A stretch of 64,000 nucleotides of DNA, taken from positions 147,996,001-148,060,000 of the forward strand of contig CM059432.1 of NCBI GenBank assembly GCA_030390025.1, written 5' to 3'. A program made the position numbers and the translations under genes. Below, in pieces: positions 62,747-64,000 of the stretch. Under the pieces are notes generated by a model, which was not told the DNA's origin, made no database searches, and saw nothing but the letters and a program-made list of their open reading frames with translations. The DNA is from Squalus acanthias (taxonomy: Eukaryota). The stretch's first letter is position 1. Each line of letters begins with the position of its first letter.

Positions 62747-64000
62747 GGGCTGGCTTTTACCAGCCCTGAGGAGGCGGGTCTGGAGGTGGGACTGCTGGGA
62801 AAATCAAAAAGAATGGGAGCAGGTCCCGAACCCGCTCCCAACCCGCCTCCACCCTATCTTCCCGGGAGTCGGGTCCCCGATTTGCGCAGGGACCCGACCC
62901 CTAGCAGCGGGAAGAGGATTACAGCCACTTAACTGCCTGTTAACAGGTAGTTAACAGACAGTTAAGAGGCTTTTTCCCATTTTGAGACTTCTGCTGTGAG
63001 CTTCCCGACATCGGGGAACCCCACCAGGGTAAGTGAGGCGTGCTGTGGGTCTGTTGTAATGATTGTGTATAGATGACAGCTGCAGAAGTGGTGTGAAGGA
63101 TCCAATGGGACACTGGTGAGTATCAGAGGTAAGGAAATGTTGGGAAAGTCATTTTTAATGTGTTTAGATTTTTCTGTAGGTGACAAGCTTTGAAGTGTTT
63201 GTGTGGCCTCACCTCAATGGGAGAAGTGACAGATCGCTCCTGTACCCTCACCTGCAGCTGCCATCTGTTTCATCCTAAGGAGAGAGTCACTGGAGAGCCT
63301 GGGTGAAAGGGCTCACCTTTGTACAGTGATTGTCAGTGTTTGACAGCACCTCAATGCTACCAGGATTGAACAGCTGCTATCTAGGTATCACGCAATATTC
63401 ATGCTCACTCCTCATTAACATGATTGTAGTTATGATTTTAGTCTTAAAACTCAAGCTCATTGGCGTTACACTGAACAGCTGAACCAATATCGGGGGCAGT
63501 CTAATTGCAACTCATGATTGCCACGGGCTTTTTCTACTACTTAAAGGGGAGGTTCATTGATGCTGCAGCACCTCATTGTCAAGCTTGTTGGGTCTGCAGC
63601 TGTCCCAACAGCAAAGCAACCAACAATCAGAAGATATCATGTGCAACCATGGCAGACTGGAGATGGAGGGAGAGAGCCTGTAGGTTCTCAGATGAAGCTC
63701 TTCAGGCATTGGTGTTCACGGTGGAGAGGAGGTGGGGGGTCCTATACCCGCAAACTGGCAGAATGCCCTCGGCACAAATCTCCGGCACTATGTGGAGGGA
63801 GATTGCGGACCACATCACAAGCAACACAGTGGTCCCCAGGACCCACACCCAGTGCAGAAAGAAGTTTAACCACCTCACACGGGTGGTCAGGGTGAGTGAA
63901 GGCTTCAGCAAATGCCACATACCACCATCTGTACCACAGGCTACACACACTGCTCACTGCACCACACCCCCAGCACTCAGCCACCAACAATCTCTACCTA
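62747..64000 (+). mobile_element. Harbinger-derived sequence running off the window, with Myb/SANT exon 1 remnant (~63649-63892)
   Basis: Starts GGGCTGGCTTTT; 63440-64000 is an inverted homolog of ~53660-54700; RTHTQCRKKFNHLTRVVR|GTGAGT. Confidence 0.8.

Overview
Vertebrate genomic DNA, very probably from a cartilaginous fish (HE1-like V-SINEs, SacSINE1-like Deu-SINEs, abundant CR1). Most of the window is nested transposable elements: CR1/L2/RTE/Tx1 LINE fragments, two families of Penelope-like elements (PLEs), PIF/Harbinger DNA transposons (transposase plus a convergent, intron-containing Myb/SANT gene) with derivatives and MITEs, hAT MITEs and SINEs. Host-gene evidence is limited to a candidate + strand 11-nt microexon (9711-9721) and a candidate terminal exon (33772-33917) with a GPI-signal-like hydrophobic tail; I cannot name the gene. 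Highlights: eight minimal type-I hammerhead ribozyme motifs (intact to decayed) in PLE 3' regions of two families; three PLE insertions with an inverted 5' segment and TSDs; a Harbinger derivative inserted at a hammerhead cleavage triplet; a near-complete Harbinger whose two genes can be reconstructed; and a 2.5-kb minisatellite amplified from the branch-point region of a transposon intron. No wholly new system is proven. PLE hammerheads are known from other animals, and whether these families are already described needs a database search. All analysis was by eye; ends lacking a TSD are approximate.
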